64,000 nucleotides of DNA from Antedon mediterranea (GCF_964355755.1 NC_092673.1:30315648-30379647); one strand, 5' to 3'. Shown: positions 39,269 through 54,042, counted from the first letter of the stretch. The notes: a model not told the origin generated them from the letters alone. Numbers and translations: made by a program.

Positions 39269-41689
39269 GTATCTAAACCAAAAGAGTGGTTTATTTGGTT
39301 GGAGGGACAGAAAATTGGCCTCAAATTGTCCCATAAATAAATTTGCAAAAGATGGCGCCATTTTTGTGCCCATCGCTGTGCCATGAATTTGAAGGTAATG
39401 GTCATTTCCAAAAATAAAATTGTTGTTGGTTAAAATCAACATGACCAGTTCTCGTAAATGAGCTTTAGTAGGCGTTTTGCCTGGAATTTGTATGTAATTT
39501 AAAATACATGCGTCGGCTCCTTCTTCGTGAGGGATATTAGTATACAATGATGAAACATCTAATGTAGCCAGAACAGAATAATTTTGAATTTGGTTAATTT
39601 TGCGGATAAAGTCCGTGGAGTCCTGAATGTATGAAGGGAGATCAGTCACATATGGTCTTAGTAAATCATCCACATATTCAGATATTTTCTCTGTAGCAGT
39701 GCCATTGCCCCAAATAATGGGTCTACCAGGATTGCCTGCTTTGTGGATTTTAGGTAGGAAATAAAATCTGCCTGGAACTGGATTGACCTGTGCCAAATGA
39801 GGTCCAATCTTCGGATCGATGGAGTGTTTTTTACCATCACAGAAACAGATTTGGCCACCTTATCCGCAATTTCCGGGGTGGGATCCGTTGTAAGTTTACG
39901 ATAATGAAGAGGATTGTTTAGCTGTCTTAAGGACTCCTCTTCATAAAATTTGATGTCCATGGCAACAGTGGCAGAACCTTTATCAGCGGGTTTAATGATA
40001 ATATCATTACGCTGACGCAATTTTGCAATGACCTGCCTCTCTTGTTTTGAGAGATTGTCACGTTTATCTGGACTCGAGACGTAGTTTTGTACATCCTCCT
40101 CAATAGCCTGAATAAATGTTTCTAAAGCTGGACAACGATTTTTAGGTGGATTCCAGGAACTTTTTGGTTTAAATTTGTTAGCGTTGCCTTCGTTTTGCGT
40201 GGTGCTGCTGTCTGAATCAGCAAAATGTTCACGTAATCGTAATCTTCTGGAAAAAGACTCCATATCCAAAGATAGTTGTTGTGCGCCGACCTGCCTTGGT
40301 TTTGGGCAGAATTTAAGTCCTCGGGAAAGAAGTTTTTTCTCTCCTTCGGAAAGTCGGCAATTAATTTCAACAACTGAATCAGAGGTGTTGCTCCGATTCT
40401 TGTTATAAGTCCGAACGAACCTTCTGCAGGGTTTCCTAAAAGCCCTAAAATCATCCGAAGGTAGAGTCATTTGTGTTGAAATGACCAAGTCTGCAGGTAG
40501 ACCAAATTTGTGATGTCCCCTTCGGCCCATTGCCGTTGATTGCTTACGGCAATCATTGGCGATAATTCTGAGTTTGTTTTGAAACTCGGATGCAGGAAAA
40601 AAAAAAAAAAAAAAAAGCGAAAAGCTAAATCAAAACGATAAAGTAAACAGCCAGAAAAGTTAGCAGAGCATTTGGGCAACACTAGCCCTTCATCAGTGCA
40701 TATATATATATATACATATATAGACCTACTATAATTTGCACTTTGAAAAACAAAAGTATCAACAGAAATTTGTAACTTACGGATTATTTTTAAAGTTGTA
40801 GATGTGCCTTCTGTTGCAAATGTAATTTCAATGAAGTAAGTTATAATAGTTTCCGATATATATGAGAAGGTTGGTGCTGTATGTAAATTACATTTTGGGA
40901 GGCTTTCCGGAGATAAACACAAAGTTACCGGAACAAATAATCTAGATTGTGATTGGTGCATTATATCACGTGACCGTTCTTTCTAATATTTTGTTAGTTG
41001 CCTTTGAGCTTTTAAGAAAAGATATCATTCATATATCTATCCAATCATTCTTTATTAAAAAAATATACGTATGAATGTCACATACATCCCATGTCACAGA
41101 TTTGACCAAGCATAATATTCAGGGCAGAATGAAGAAAGATAAATAAATAAATACATTAAAGAAAATAGTAAATAAGCCTACACATAAAAAAGCCATACGA
41201 TTTAGTTTGTTGCAATATACAATTTTCTCTATTAAGTTAATTCATATTGTTAGGAAGCAGTTTTTTTTTTTATACCAATTCATATTCGCTTAATGTTGTA
41301 TTTATTCGTTTCATTTATCTTTATTTATACAAAACACATCTTGAAAGTGGCTTAAGTTGTCTGTTTATTAACAATCCACAGCTTCTGAACGCTACACATA
41401 TTAGTCTACATGGTAGCCCTTTAGTGTCAAGTCATTATCAATGCTGCATAATTAGGTAATTGTTTGTGGGCTTTCCTTATATTATTTTCAAATGTGATAG
41501 TCAATTTCTATGTATATTAAGAGGGGTGGAATTATGCCTCCAGCTATTGAATGACCGGGTAGCGATATCTGCATAGATGTTGTCAAAGTTCCTTGTATTT
41601 ATTCTGTAGCCCATGGAGTCGTGTCTGCAAGTGTATTGCTCTTTTTGTTCTGTTTAAGTGAAACAAGACATTTTTATGAGTATAAATCC

Positions 41690-41863
41690 AATTTACACAG
41701 ACAAGCGGTAATGTTAAGCGGAAAACCGCGTAGCTTGTCCCACGTAGAATCTGTATCTATCCTGAGCGGAAACCGCCCGTCCGCTCCGCGTTGTGTGTAA
41801 ATTGTCATAAGGAATTACTTGATTCTGTAGTTTTATTACAATTACCGCTCGTCTGTGTAAATT
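41690..41863. mobile_element. Small MITE-like element
   Basis: AATTTACACAGACAAGCGGTAAT ... ATTACCGCTCGTCTGTGTAAATT inverted repeats. Confidence 0.55.
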
Positions 41864-41956
41864 TTTCTTTAGTTGTTAAAACGTTTGTCCAAATTTTAAA
41901 TAAAATTTATGGATAATGTTTATATCTAGTATTTTGAAAGTAATCAATTGTCTGAA

Positions 41957-42072
41957 AACAAGGCCATATACATGGCTGCAGTCGCGTGCTCAAATGTGAG
42001 TTAGTGTTTACAAACTGACCGACCAACCGACCGACATAGTGAGCTGTAGAGTCGAGTTGCACGCGACTAAAA
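41957..42072 (-). mobile_element. Short DINE-1/HINE-like repeat
   Basis: Same organisation as 19648-19776. Confidence 0.65.
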
Positions 42073-43856
42073 TGGGTTATTCTGTGTACTAACACTACAG
42101 ATCTGTATTGACAATGATGATGATTAAGTCGGGATTGTATTGTATCAACAGTGTTGTAAACGATTCTATATACACATTGTATTTTTAGTAAGTTCCACGA
42201 AGAACCTGTTAGCAAGAACCTGGTTCCTTTGTAACTAACGACAATATCCTGTATTGAGAATACCTACACAATTTTAACAAATCCATCTCTATTAAATTTT
42301 TTTGTAAATACATACTTTCAATTTGAAAAATAATCCTAAAGATATTCGAGTCAGTACCGTTATTCTAATTTTGTTATAACAAGATTAATATCTTAGCGTA
42401 TCCGGGTTTAGAACGTCGCCTAACGGGTCGAATACAACGTTCGTCATATATTATTGAACAGCTAAAAACTATAATTTTATCGTATTTTCACTGGCAAGTT
42501 TTGTAAAATGTTACTTACCAAAATAAAATAAAACTTTTAAAAATTAAATCGTTGATAGACAATTTGGTACAAACGTTATAATTGTCTGATCTTTAATAAA
42601 CGTAATTGTGTTTTACGTTTTAACCCACACTAAACTATAACGTTTTAAAAAGTAAATGGTCTCAAAATTTCGCCTCCAGTCAGTTAGTCAATTAAAAAAA
42701 ATGATTGTGTTGGCCACGTTTTGGATATATCCTAAAAATATGTAGGTCAGTAGGAATTTCTTTTCCAGACCAAAATGGTGTTACCGGGAAAAAAAAAATA
42801 TACACACAAATGATAAAAAAAAGAGTACATATTTAAACAAAAATTGTCATGTTTCTTTTCATAGCACCTAGGCTCACGCTAGCTATAAATACTGTTTCGC
42901 AACAAGTAAAAAAAAGTGTATTAAATAAACATAGGCCTAGGTTGTTTAGGAAAATGTTACATAGGGCTGCTGGTAGCTATACCTAGTTAGCCATTTTCAA
43001 AAGCCAAAAACGATCAAGATCAAATTAAAACTATTTCCGTGTTATGCTATATTAAGCAAATTTACATATTATTTCAGATAAAAAATACTGAGTTTCATAT
43101 TGTTTTATCTATACGTAATTACACTGGCATTAAAGATATAACATTAAAATGTAGGCCGTAATGAGTCAGCGCCTCACCCACAGTACGATTCTCATCGCGA
43201 GGAAATTCCCCAGATATCGATCAAAACTACTACTACAACTACTACTAGCCGGGCGTAGTTTGCGTGCTGGGACGGCTGGATTGCCGCTAAATAAATAAAA
43301 GTTCGAATTGAAAACAAAAAATACTAGATGGTTCTCGAATACACAGTAATTTCAGCGTAAAAAACTGGAGATTTCAAATGTACGTACTGCAGGATTATAG
43401 TACATTGTAGTTTACAGAAACGAATAAATAGACACGATGATTTATGTACTCAACTAAGTCAACTCATTTAAAGAAACCCAATTTGTGTGTTGTGTGTAAC
43501 ATTAGGGTTGAGGGATAGGGAAGAAGATATGGGTACAAAGGAGAACAATTTTTCAATATTTTCTTTATCTACTCAGTAACAAAATATATTTTTCATTTTT
43601 ATAGGCTTATAAATAATATACCACTTGATACAGTAACACATTTGCGATTTAATAATTTGTTAAAACTGTCACTGTCATAGTCGATTGAAATAGTAAAATA
43701 CATGTAACGACACTACGACGTCTATAGGTAAATGCGAAGCATCCCCGTATTTTTGTGTGCGGGTATTTTTCAAGATGGAAATCAATTAGACAGTGTATTC
43801 CACTATCGGAAAACACCCCTATTTGGGGCAAATCGTTGAACCTAAATTTGTTTTAA

Positions 43857-45031
43857 CTTGAGGGTGACCTCGCTTCGCTCCCTCCCCCTCTAGGAAGTGT
43901 AAACGATGGTTCTCGGAATGATAATGACTCGGCTAAAAAGGTTTAGAAAGACATTCTGGCCCTGACGATTTCGGTCGGTTACCATTATTTAAATGCTTTT
44001 GATATTCGTAAAACTAAACCTACTCACTAACCTGTTTCACAGTGTCTTAGATGATTAATAGCGTTTTACGTATAGTGTTTATTGTAGATATGAAAAGTGG
44101 TAAAAAAGAATAACAAATGCTTGGTAAATTGTAGATAACAGTTAGATGAAATCTACTAAAAATAGTATAATTGTGTTAAAAATATAATACAATATTGTGT
44201 GTATAAATGTGGATGGGCGTTTATTAGATGGTATTTGTTGGGGGTGGCGATAATTATTTTAATTGACGTTTTATTGTGGAAGTGTTCCGGGCGTTTATTC
44301 AAATAAATACCATCCTAATTGGTATACTAAATACATTATTCCGCGACACAGTGAGCCTTTTTGGCCTAAGAAGGAAGACGCTTTAGACGGCTTGCAACAT
44401 GGGCAGAAGTATCCCAGGGTCCTGACGGGACACAGATAGCGCACAGTATACATAAAGTCCCGGCAGCTTACTCAACAACTCGGCTATCGGGGTTTCATTC
44501 GATTTCAAACAAAAGCTCTTATCATCAATTCTCTCGATGTCATTTTATATAATTATTTCTCACAATTTACTCCTATGTTTTATGAATATATTAAATTTGA
44601 TCTTCATGTACTACTATACCTTCACACGCGTGGTCCAAAAATAAACCAAAAACCAAATTTGCTATCGCCACCAAGCCCAACGGCCAACTTAGTTAAAACA
44701 GGGAGTTGTTTTACAACTCCCTGGACGAAACCAACCGCAGCGAACTTGCAAGGTAATAGGCACACCTTACCATGAACCCGGAAATTACTTCTACCGTGCG
44801 TAGAGTTAAAATTTACTGATTGAAATCAGAAAATTTCTTATAAAACCATTTATAATTTCTTCCTAAGAAAGAAATATGGAACAATAGCGTAGTACTGAAA
44901 ACTAATGTTATCAAATCTACGTTTCTCGGTACATCTGAGATACATAAGGTAGGTAGCCAAGGCGGAGATTAGTACCGAAGTTTTTCCATTGTGCTCGCCT
45001 ATGTCAGAATTAACCATAATTTATATATAGA
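43857..45031 (-). mobile_element. Non-autonomous Helitron, diverged copy of the 25956-27313 family
   Basis: 5' TCTATATATAAATTATGGTTAATTCTGACATAG at 45031; 3' hairpin plus CAAG (mutated CTAG) at 43857. Confidence 0.8.
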
Positions 45032-45228
45032 TTGTCAATAACTAATTATCTAACTCAACTTATTTAGTAAACAGGATTATGTTAGGTGGTTAAAATCAGT
45101 ACCGAACGTATGAAGCAACTTTATATACCATCGAGTAAAAATACTATAAGTAACGCGCGATTTACCGAATTTTACGTATATATATAGATGTATGTAATGG
45201 GATCGTAGTACTGAACACTGTGGTTTTT

Positions 45229-45583
45229 AGTTAGACCAATCGTTAAAACAAGTTGTCTTCAGTTAGAGCAATCGTTAAAACGAGTGAACTTTAGTTAGAC
45301 CAATCGTTAAAACAAGTTGTCTTCAGTTAGACCAATCGTTAAAACAAATTGTCTTCAGTTTGACTAATCGTTAAAACAAGTTGTCTTCAGTTAGACCAAT
45401 CGTTAAAACGAGTGAACTTCAGTTAGACCAATCGTTAAAACAAGTTTTCATCAGTTAGAACACTCGTTAAAACGAGTGAACTTTAGTTAGATCAACCGTT
45501 AAAACAATTTGTCTTCAACTAGACTAATCGTTAAAACAAGTTTTCTTCAGTTAGACCAATCGTTAAAACAAGTGAACTTTAGT
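45229..45583. repeat. 32-bp satellite array (further arrays 47155-47582, 50185-50510, 52081-52670, 55268-55356, 59849-60092)
   Basis: AGTTAGACCAATCGTTAAAACAAGTTGTCTTC consensus with variant subtypes. Confidence 0.93.
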
Positions 45584-47144
45584 TAAGATAAGATAAGATA
45601 AGATAAGACAAACCTTTATTGTCATGAACACAACCAGGCGAACATGGAATTGGTTTTCCTTAGATGCTTAAAAACACATACAATATATAAAACATTAAAA
45701 ATAACAATATAATACATTAAAACTATATACATTAGTAAACAAACTATCTTTGAAATGTTGAGTTGGAAACATGAATAGAGTTGTGGACAAATGATTTACA
45801 ACATATTTATCATTCAATGGGTGTGAGTTATCTTCCATTGTTTTCTTAACTTGGCTAATAACATCGCGCCTGTAAACTTCGTCGATAACATTGACATTCT
45901 TTCCTATTATTTTACTAGCAGTTTTCATTATACGGTCAAGTTTCTTTTTATCATTAGAACTCAGACTATTCAGCACAGTTGAAAGTTACAACACTAAGAA
46001 TAACACTCTGGTGAAACAAAAAAGTATATCATTATTCACCTTGAAAGAGTTCAGCTTTTTGAGTATTTGCATTCCAATGTAAATCATTATGTGGCAGTCT
46101 GTGTACTGACACTACGGATCTGTATTGACAATGATGATTAATTCGTGATTGTATTGTATCAACAGTGTTGTGAACGATTCTATATACACATTGTATTTTT
46201 AGTATGTTCCACGAAAAACCTGTTAGCAATTTTAACACAATCTTAACAAATCCATCTCTATTCAACTTTTTTGTAAATACATACTTTCAATTTTGAAAAG
46301 TAATCCCCAAAGATATGCGAGTCAGTACCGTTATTCTAGTATCTGGGTTTAGAACGATACAGTATTTGCATTCCAATTTAAATCACAATCTACCGTTGGT
46401 CCTAAATATTTATGTTCTTTTACAGTATCTATCTTTTGGTCGTTTAATACAATATTATCAATAACACCTTTCTTCTTTCTGAAATCAACAATTAATTCTT
46501 TGGTCTTATCCGCGTTTAATATAATTTTTTTTTTCATACACCACGACTCAAACAACTTAAGTGTATTTCTATACTCATCTTCACAGTTATGTTGAATTAT
46601 ACCCGTAACAACAGAATCATCTGCATACTTAACTATACTAACATTATTACTTTCAATTTTGAAGTCATTTGTGTAAAGAGAGAAAAGAACAAGAGAAAGA
46701 ACACACCCCTGAAGGACACCAGTGTTAGTGAAAGAGTACTAGAAGAATGTCCACATATCCTAACCACCTGTGGTCTGTTTGATAGAAAATCACCAATCCA
46801 CAATATTATATGTGAATTAACATTTATATCACAGAGTTTCCGGAGCAGAATATGTGATTTGATAGTATTAAAGGCTGAAGAGAAATCGAAGATCATAGAG
46901 CGAACATATGGTCGCGGTTTCTCAAGAAGAGTTACTTGACTGCATCACTTACCCCTTTCTTACTCTTATACACAAACTGACACGATCACGTAACTCATTA
47001 CATTCATTTAGAAATTCAGAAAATGTTTAACAATGGATTCTAGACACTTCATAATGATCGATGTCAAGGCAACGGGTCTATAGTCGTTGTTAATACTTGG
47101 TTTAGGTTTTTTAGGGAGTGGTGTTATTGAGGACTTTTTCCATA
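45584..47144 (-). mobile_element. Rex1/Babar-like LINE 3' part, rearranged
   Basis: YRPVALTSIIMKCLE, FDFSSAFNTI, VKYADD, LNADKTKELIVDFRKK, KLDRIMKTASKIIG..SHPL; (TCTTA)n tail at 45584-45608; interrupted at ~46087-46355. Confidence 0.85.
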
Positions 47145-48380
47145 TCACAGGTATCGTTAAAACAATTTGTCTTCAGTTAGACCAATCGTTAAAACAAGTT
47201 TTCTTCAGTTAGAATAATCGTTAAAACGAGTGAAGTTTAGTTAGACCGATCGATAGAATAAGTGGTCTTTATAGTTAGACCAATCGTTAGAGCGAGTGTT
47301 TTTTAGTTAGACCAACCGTTAGAGCGAGTGGATTTTAGTTGACCAACAAGTAGATTTAGTGGTCTTTAGTTAGACCAACCATGAGAGCGAGTGTTTTATA
47401 GTTAGACCAACCGTTAGAGCGAGTGATTTTTAGTTGACCAACCAATAGAGTTAGTGGTCTTTAGTTAGACCAATCGTTAGATCGAGAATTTTTAGTTAGA
47501 ACAACCGTTAGAGCGAGTGGTTTTTAGTTGATCAACCAATAGAGTTAGTGGTCTGTAGTTAGACCAATAATTAAAACGAGTGGAATATTACTTTCGGGAA
47601 CTAGTTTACTAAGACGGAAATAAACACAGGTACCGTCGTATAACGTAACCTTTCTTTCTAATATTGTGTCAGTTGCCTTTGAGTTGTAAACAATGATCCC
47701 AATATTTGCCCCCAAAATAGTGCTAAATCTTATAAAATATCACTTTTGTTTTTATTGATATGCCTAATACAATAATGTTTAAAATAAAAAAACCTTAAAG
47801 AAATGTAGCAATAAAACAATACCCAGCAGTATTATCAAGAAGTGGGTGACAAGGAATTATTCAGTGTTTGTAGTATATACAATGCTTGTTCATGACGTAA
47901 TTACATTATTTTTTAGTATACTTACTTATTATTTACTCTTCCCTGTTGTAATTGTTAAAACGTTTACAGGTCTATATTTTAAATAGAAGTTATAAACAAT
48001 GCGTTAGCAATAGTGTTTTGAAAGTAATTTATTTTCTAAAAAAATGGCTTATGTAGCAGTCTGTGTACTGACACTACGGATCTGTATTGACAATGAGGAT
48101 TAAGTCGTGATTGTATTGTATCAACAATGTTGTGAACGATGCTATATATACATTGTATTTTTAGTAAGTTCCCCGAAGAACCTGTTAGCAAGAACACTGG
48201 TTCCTTTGTAACTAACGACAATATCCTGTGTTCAGAATACCTACACAATTTTAACAAATCCATCTCTATTCAACTTTTTTGTAAATACATACTTTCAATT
48301 TTGAAAAATAATCCCCAAAGATATGCGAGTCAGTACCGTTATTCTAGTATCTGGGTTTGGAACGATACAGTATTTGCACT

Positions 48381-48905
48381 TCAATTTAAATCACAATCTA
48401 CCGTTGGTCCTAAATATTTATGTTCTTTTACAGTATCTATCTTTTGGTCGTTTAATACAATATTATCAATAACACTTTTCTTCTTTCTGAAATCAAAAAT
48501 TAATTCTTTGGTCTTATCCGCGTTTAATATAAAACATTTTTTCATACACCACGACTCAAACAACTTAAGTGTATTTCTATACTCATCTTCACAGTTATGT
48601 TGAATTATACCCGTAACAACAGAATCATCTGCATACTTAACTATACTAACATTATTACTTTCAATTTTGAAGTCATTTGTGTAAAGAGAGAAAAGAACAG
48701 GAGAAAGAACACATCCCTGAGGGACACCAGTGTTAGTGCAAAGAGTACTAGAATAATGTCCACCTATCCTAATCACCTGTGGTCTGTTTGATAGAAAATC
48801 ACCAATCCACAAGATTATATGTGAATTAATATTTATATCACAGAGTTTCCGGAGCAGAATATGTGATTGGATAGTATTAAAGGCTGAAGAGAAATCGAAG
48901 AACAT
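48381..48905 (-). pseudogene. Rex1-like reverse transcriptase fragment (copies at 46349-46896, 51276-51823, 53441-53989)
   Basis: FFDFSSAFNTIQ..TGVPQGCVLSPVLFSLYTND..VKYADD. Confidence 0.88.
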
Positions 48906-48958
48906 AGAGCGAACATATGATCGCAGTCTCTCAAGAAGAGTTAAGACTGCATCACTTA

Positions 48959-49985
48959 TTTCATTTCATTTTCATTTCATTTTCATTTCTTTATTCGACA
49001 ACAAGCGGTCCAGGGGTTGCAACAGCAACAGAGCGCCATAACACATTTGTGTCCGCAACCCCTGTAACATACAACTTAATACAAGTTAAAAATGAATATA
49101 AAATATACAGAATATATAAAAAATTTAATTAATTTGTATTACTGTGTTACACAATTTAAAATACACCTATACAATTAAAATAAATTTAGCATTGATCAAG
49201 CAGATATTTTTTCAATTTCGACAGGAAATTTTTCAAAGGAAGCGTAACTGCTTGATCTTTGATTATGGAGGGTAGTGATGACCATATAACAGGAAAATTG
49301 TTGATAGACGAATATTTTAAAGTATCGGTACGTGCAAAAGGGTGGACAAATGTGAATAATTCAGGATGGCGTTGATTGATATGGATATTATTATTTACAG
49401 TACTACAAAAAGTTACATTATAAAAACAACAAAATATAAAGGAAATTAAAATCATTAAACGTCTATCACGTAAGGATAACCAACCCAAAGTTATTAAACG
49501 TTCGTCGTATGATATAGGTCCGTAGTGGGGTCCCAGAATACGTCTAGAGGCCCATCGCTGAACCTGTTCGAGGCGTTTTATGTGTCCTCCATTTCTGGGG
49601 CCCCACGCCGGCAAACCATACTCTAGAATAGGTAGCACCAAAGTTTTGTACAGACACGAAATCGCGTCTGGAGAACAATTTCCGGCTACAGAAAAAATAA
49701 AGCCTAACATTCGATTAGCTTTAGATATTAGAATATCGATTTGAACATTCCAATTCAGTTTAGAATCGATACTCCTAAATGTTTATGGCTATCAACCACC
49801 GCAATTGTCTCACCATTAAGAAAGTACAACGGCTTAACAAAGTTACGCTTTCTGGTGATATGCATTAATTTAGTTTTATTGACATTGAATTTCATTTGAT
49901 TCTTATCAGCCCAATTAGATAAAATATTTATATCATTTTGCAAATTAACAATATCGTTGGCATTTTGTCTGTGTCTATAGAGTAT
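48959..49985 (-). mobile_element. CR1-group LINE 3' fragment inserted in the Rex1 piece
   Basis: LQNDINILSNWADKNQMKFNVNKTK..HKHLGV, LYKTLVLPILEYG..LEQVQRWASR..SYDERL; (TGAAA)n tail. Confidence 0.88.
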
Positions 49986-52900
49986 TTTCTTACTCTTATA
50001 CACAAACTTGCACGGATCACGTAACTTATTACATTCATTTAGAAATTCAGAAAATGCTTAACAATGGATTCTAGACACTTCATAATGATCGATGTCAAGG
50101 CAACGGGTCTATAGTTTTTGTTAATACTTGGTTTAGGTTTTTTAGGGAGTGGCGTTATTGAGGACTTTTTCCATATCACAGGTATCGTTAAAACAATTTG
50201 TTTTCAGTTAGACCAATCGCTAAAACAAGTTTTCCTCAGTTAGGATAATCGTTAAAAGTTTAGTTAGACCGATCGATAGAATAAGTGATTTTAAGTTAGA
50301 CCAATCCTTAGAGCGAGTGTTTTTTAGTTAGATCAATCGTTAGAGCGAGTGGTTTTTAGTTGACCAACCAGTAGAGTTAGTGGTACTTAATTAGACCAAT
50401 CGTTAGAACGAGAATTTTTTAGTTAGAACAACCGTTAGAGCGAGTGGTTTTTAGTTGACCAACCAGTAGAGTTAGTGGTCTGTAGTTAGACCAATAATTA
50501 GAAAGAGTGGAATATTACTTTCGGGAACTAGTTTGCTAAGACGGAAATAAACACAGGTACCGTCGTATAACGTGACCTTTCTTTCTAATATTGTGTCAGT
50601 TGCCATTGAGTTGTAAACAATGATCCCAATATTTGCCCCAAAATAGTGCTAAATCTTATAAAATATCACTTTTGTTTTTATTGATATGCCTAATACAATA
50701 ATGTTTAAAATAAAAAAACCTTAAAGAAATGTAGCAATAAAACAATACCCAGCAGTATTATCAAGAAGTGGGTGACAAGGAATTATTCAGTGTTTGTAGT
50801 ATATACAATGCGTTCATGACGTAATTACATTATTTTTTAGTATACTTACTTATTATTTACTCTTCCCTGTTGTTAAAACGTTTACAGGTCTATATTTTAA
50901 ATAGAAGTTATAAACAATGCGTTAGCAATAGTGTTTTGAAAGTAATTTATTTTCTAAAAAAATGGCTTATGTAGCAGTCTGTGTACTGACACTACGGATC
51001 TGTGATTGACAATGATGATTAAGTCGTGATTGTATTGTATCAACAATGTTGTGAACGATTCTATATATACATTGTATTTTTAGTAAGTTCCCCGAAGAAC
51101 CTGTTAGCAAGAACACTGGTTCCTTTGTAACTAATGACAATATCCTGTGTTGAGAATACCTACACAATTTTAACAAATCCATCTCTATTCAACTTTTTTG
51201 TAAATACACACTTTCAATTTTGAAAAATAATCCCCAAAGATATGCGAGTCAGTACCGTTATTCTAGTATCTGGGTTTAGAACGATACAGTATTTGCACTC
51301 CAATTTAAATCACAATCTACCGTTGGTCCTAAATATTTATGTTCTTTTACAGTATCTATCTTTTGGTCGTTTAATACAATATTATCAATAACACTTTTCT
51401 TCTTTCTGAAATCAAAAATTAATTCTTTGGTCTTATCCGCGTTTAATATAAAACATTTTTTCATACACCACGACTCAAACAACTTAAGTGTATTTCTATA
51501 CTCATCTTCACAGTTATGTTGAATTATACCCGTAACAACAGAATCATCTGCATACTTAACTATACTAACATTATTACTTTCAATTTTGAAGTCATTTGTG
51601 TAAAGAGAGAAAAGAACAGGAGAAAGAACACACCCCTGAGGGACACCAGTGTTAGTGAAAGAGTACTAGAAGAATGTCCACATATACTAACCACCTGTGG
51701 TCTGTTTGATAGAAAATCACCAATCCACAATATTATATGTGAATTAACATTTATATCACAGAGTTTCCGGAGCAGAATATGTGATTTGATAGTATTAAAG
51801 GCTGAAGCGAAATCGAAGATCATAGAGCGAACATATGGTCGCGGTTTCTCAAGAAGAGTTACTTGACTGCATCACTTACCCCTTTCTTACTCTTATACAC
51901 AAACTGACACGATCACGTAACTCATTACATTCATTTAGAAATTCAGAAAATGTTTAACAATGGATTCTAGACACTTCATAATGATCGATGTCAAGGCAAC
52001 GGGTCTATAGTCGTTGTTAATACTTGGTTTAGGTTTTTTAGGGAGTGGTGTTATTGAAGACTTTTTCCATAGCACAGGTATCGTTAAAACAATTTGTCTT
52101 CAGTTAGACCAATCGTTAAAACAAGTTTTCTTCAGTTAGAATAATCGTTAAAACGAGTGAAGTTTAGTTAGACCGATCGATAGAATAAGTGGTCTTTATA
52201 GTTAGACCAATCGTTAGAGCGAGTGTTTTTTAGTTAGACCAACCGTTAGAGCGAGTGGTTTTTAGTTGACCAACCAGTAGATTTAGTGGTCTTTAGTTAG
52301 ACCAACCATGAGAGCGAGTGTTTTATAGTTAGACCAACCGTTAGAGCGAGTGATTTTTAGTTGACCAACCAATAGAGTTAGTGGACTTTAGTTAGACCAA
52401 CCGTTAGAGCGAGTGGATTTTAGTTGACCAACAAGTAGATTTAGTGGTCTTTAGTTAGACCAACCATGAGAGCGAGTGTTTTATAGTTAGACCAACCGTT
52501 AGAGCGAGTGATTTTTAGTTGACCAACCAATAGAGTTAGTGGTCTTTAGTTAGACCAATCGTTAGATCGAGAATTTTTTAGTTAGAACAACCGTTAGAGC
52601 GAGTGGTTTTTAGTTGACCAACCAGTAGAGTTAGTGGTCTGTAGTTAGACCAATAATTAGAAAGAGTGGAATATTACTTTCGGGAACTAGTTTGCTAAGA
52701 CGGAAATAAACACTGGTACCGTCGTATAACGTGACCTTTCTTTCTAATATTGTGTCAGTTGCCATTGAGTTGTAAACAATGATCCCAATATTTGCCCAGA
52801 AATAGTGCTAAATCTTATAAAATATCACTTTTGTTTTTATTGATATGCCTAATACAATAATGTTTAAAATAAAAAAACCTTAAAGAAATGTAGCAATAAA

Positions 52901-54042
52901 ACAATACCCAGCAGTATTATCAAGAAGTGGGTGACAAGGAATTAGTCAGTGTTTGTAGTATATACAATGCTTGTTCATGACGTAATTACATTATTTTTTA
53001 GTATACTTACTTATTATTTACTCTTCCCTGTTGTAATTGTTAAAACGTTTACAGGTCTATATTTTAAATAGAAGTTATAAACAATGCGTTAGCAATAGTG
53101 TTTTGAAAGTAATTTATTTTCAAATAAATGGCTTATGTAGCAGTCTGTGTACTGACACTACGGATCTGTATTGACAATGATGATTAAGTCGTGATTGTAT
53201 TGTATCAACAATGTTGTGAACGATTCTATATATACATTGTATTTTTAGTAAGTTCCCCGAAGAACCTGTTAGCAAGAACACTGGTTCCTTTGTAACTAAC
53301 GACAATATCCTGTGTTGAGAATACCTACACAATTTTAACAAATCCATCTCTATTCAACTTTTTTGTAAATACATACTTTCAATTTTGAAAAATAATCCCC
53401 AAAGATATGCGAGTCAGTACCGTTATTCTAGTATCTGGCTTTAGAACGATACAGTATTTGCACTCCAATTTAAATCACAATCTACCGTTGGTCCTAAATA
53501 TTTATGTTCTTTTACAGTATCTATCTTTTGGTCGTTTAATACAATATTATCAATAACACTTTTCTTCTTTCTGAAATCAAAAATTAATTCTTTGGTCTTA
53601 TCCGCGTTTAATATAAAACATTTTTTCATACACCACGACTCAAACAACTTAAGTGTATTTCTATACTCATCTTCACAGTTATGTTGAATTATACCCGTAA
53701 CAACAGAATCATCTGCATACTTAACTATACTAACATTATTACTTTCAATTTTGAAGTCATTTGTGTAAAGAGAGAAAAGAACAGGAGAAAGAACACATCC
53801 CTGAGGGACACCAGTGTTAGTGCAAAGAGTACTAGAATAATGTCCACCTATCCTAATCACCTGTGGTCTGTTTGATAGAAAATCACCAATCCACAAGATT
53901 ATATGTGAATTAATATTTATATCACAGAGTTTCCGGAGCAGAATATGTGATTGGATAGTATTAAAGGCTGAAGAGAAATCGAAAAACATAGAGCGAACAA
54001 ATGATCGCAGTCTCTCAAGAAGAGTTAAGACTGCATCACTTA

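Larger units (their letters stand above)
33724..40700 (-). mobile_element. Near-full-length Penelope-like retroelement (RT + GIY-YIG), disrupted
   Basis: LLSRGLKFCP, IIIKPADKG, FYFLPKIHK, LDVSSLYTNIPH, GTAMGTKMAPSFANLFM, WFRY|IDD, LFRKPTD..YL..SSCHP, NVIYLIYCNICGKQYVGET; pLTRs with mutated hammerheads at 33839-33879 and 40661-40700; (TA)n flanks; frameshifts. Confidence 0.93.

Noticed and set aside
40467-40961. 164-aa minus-strand ORF
   Set aside because: Runs across unique DNA, (TA)n, a pLTR and a poly-T run; chimeric and non-coding.
48036-48603. Recurrent MDLLKLCRYS... ORF family (also 41907, 46032, 50967, 53120, 62016, 62774) as a gene family
   Set aside because: Recurs only because the DNA is duplicated; copies carry frame-breaking indels and no recognisable domain.
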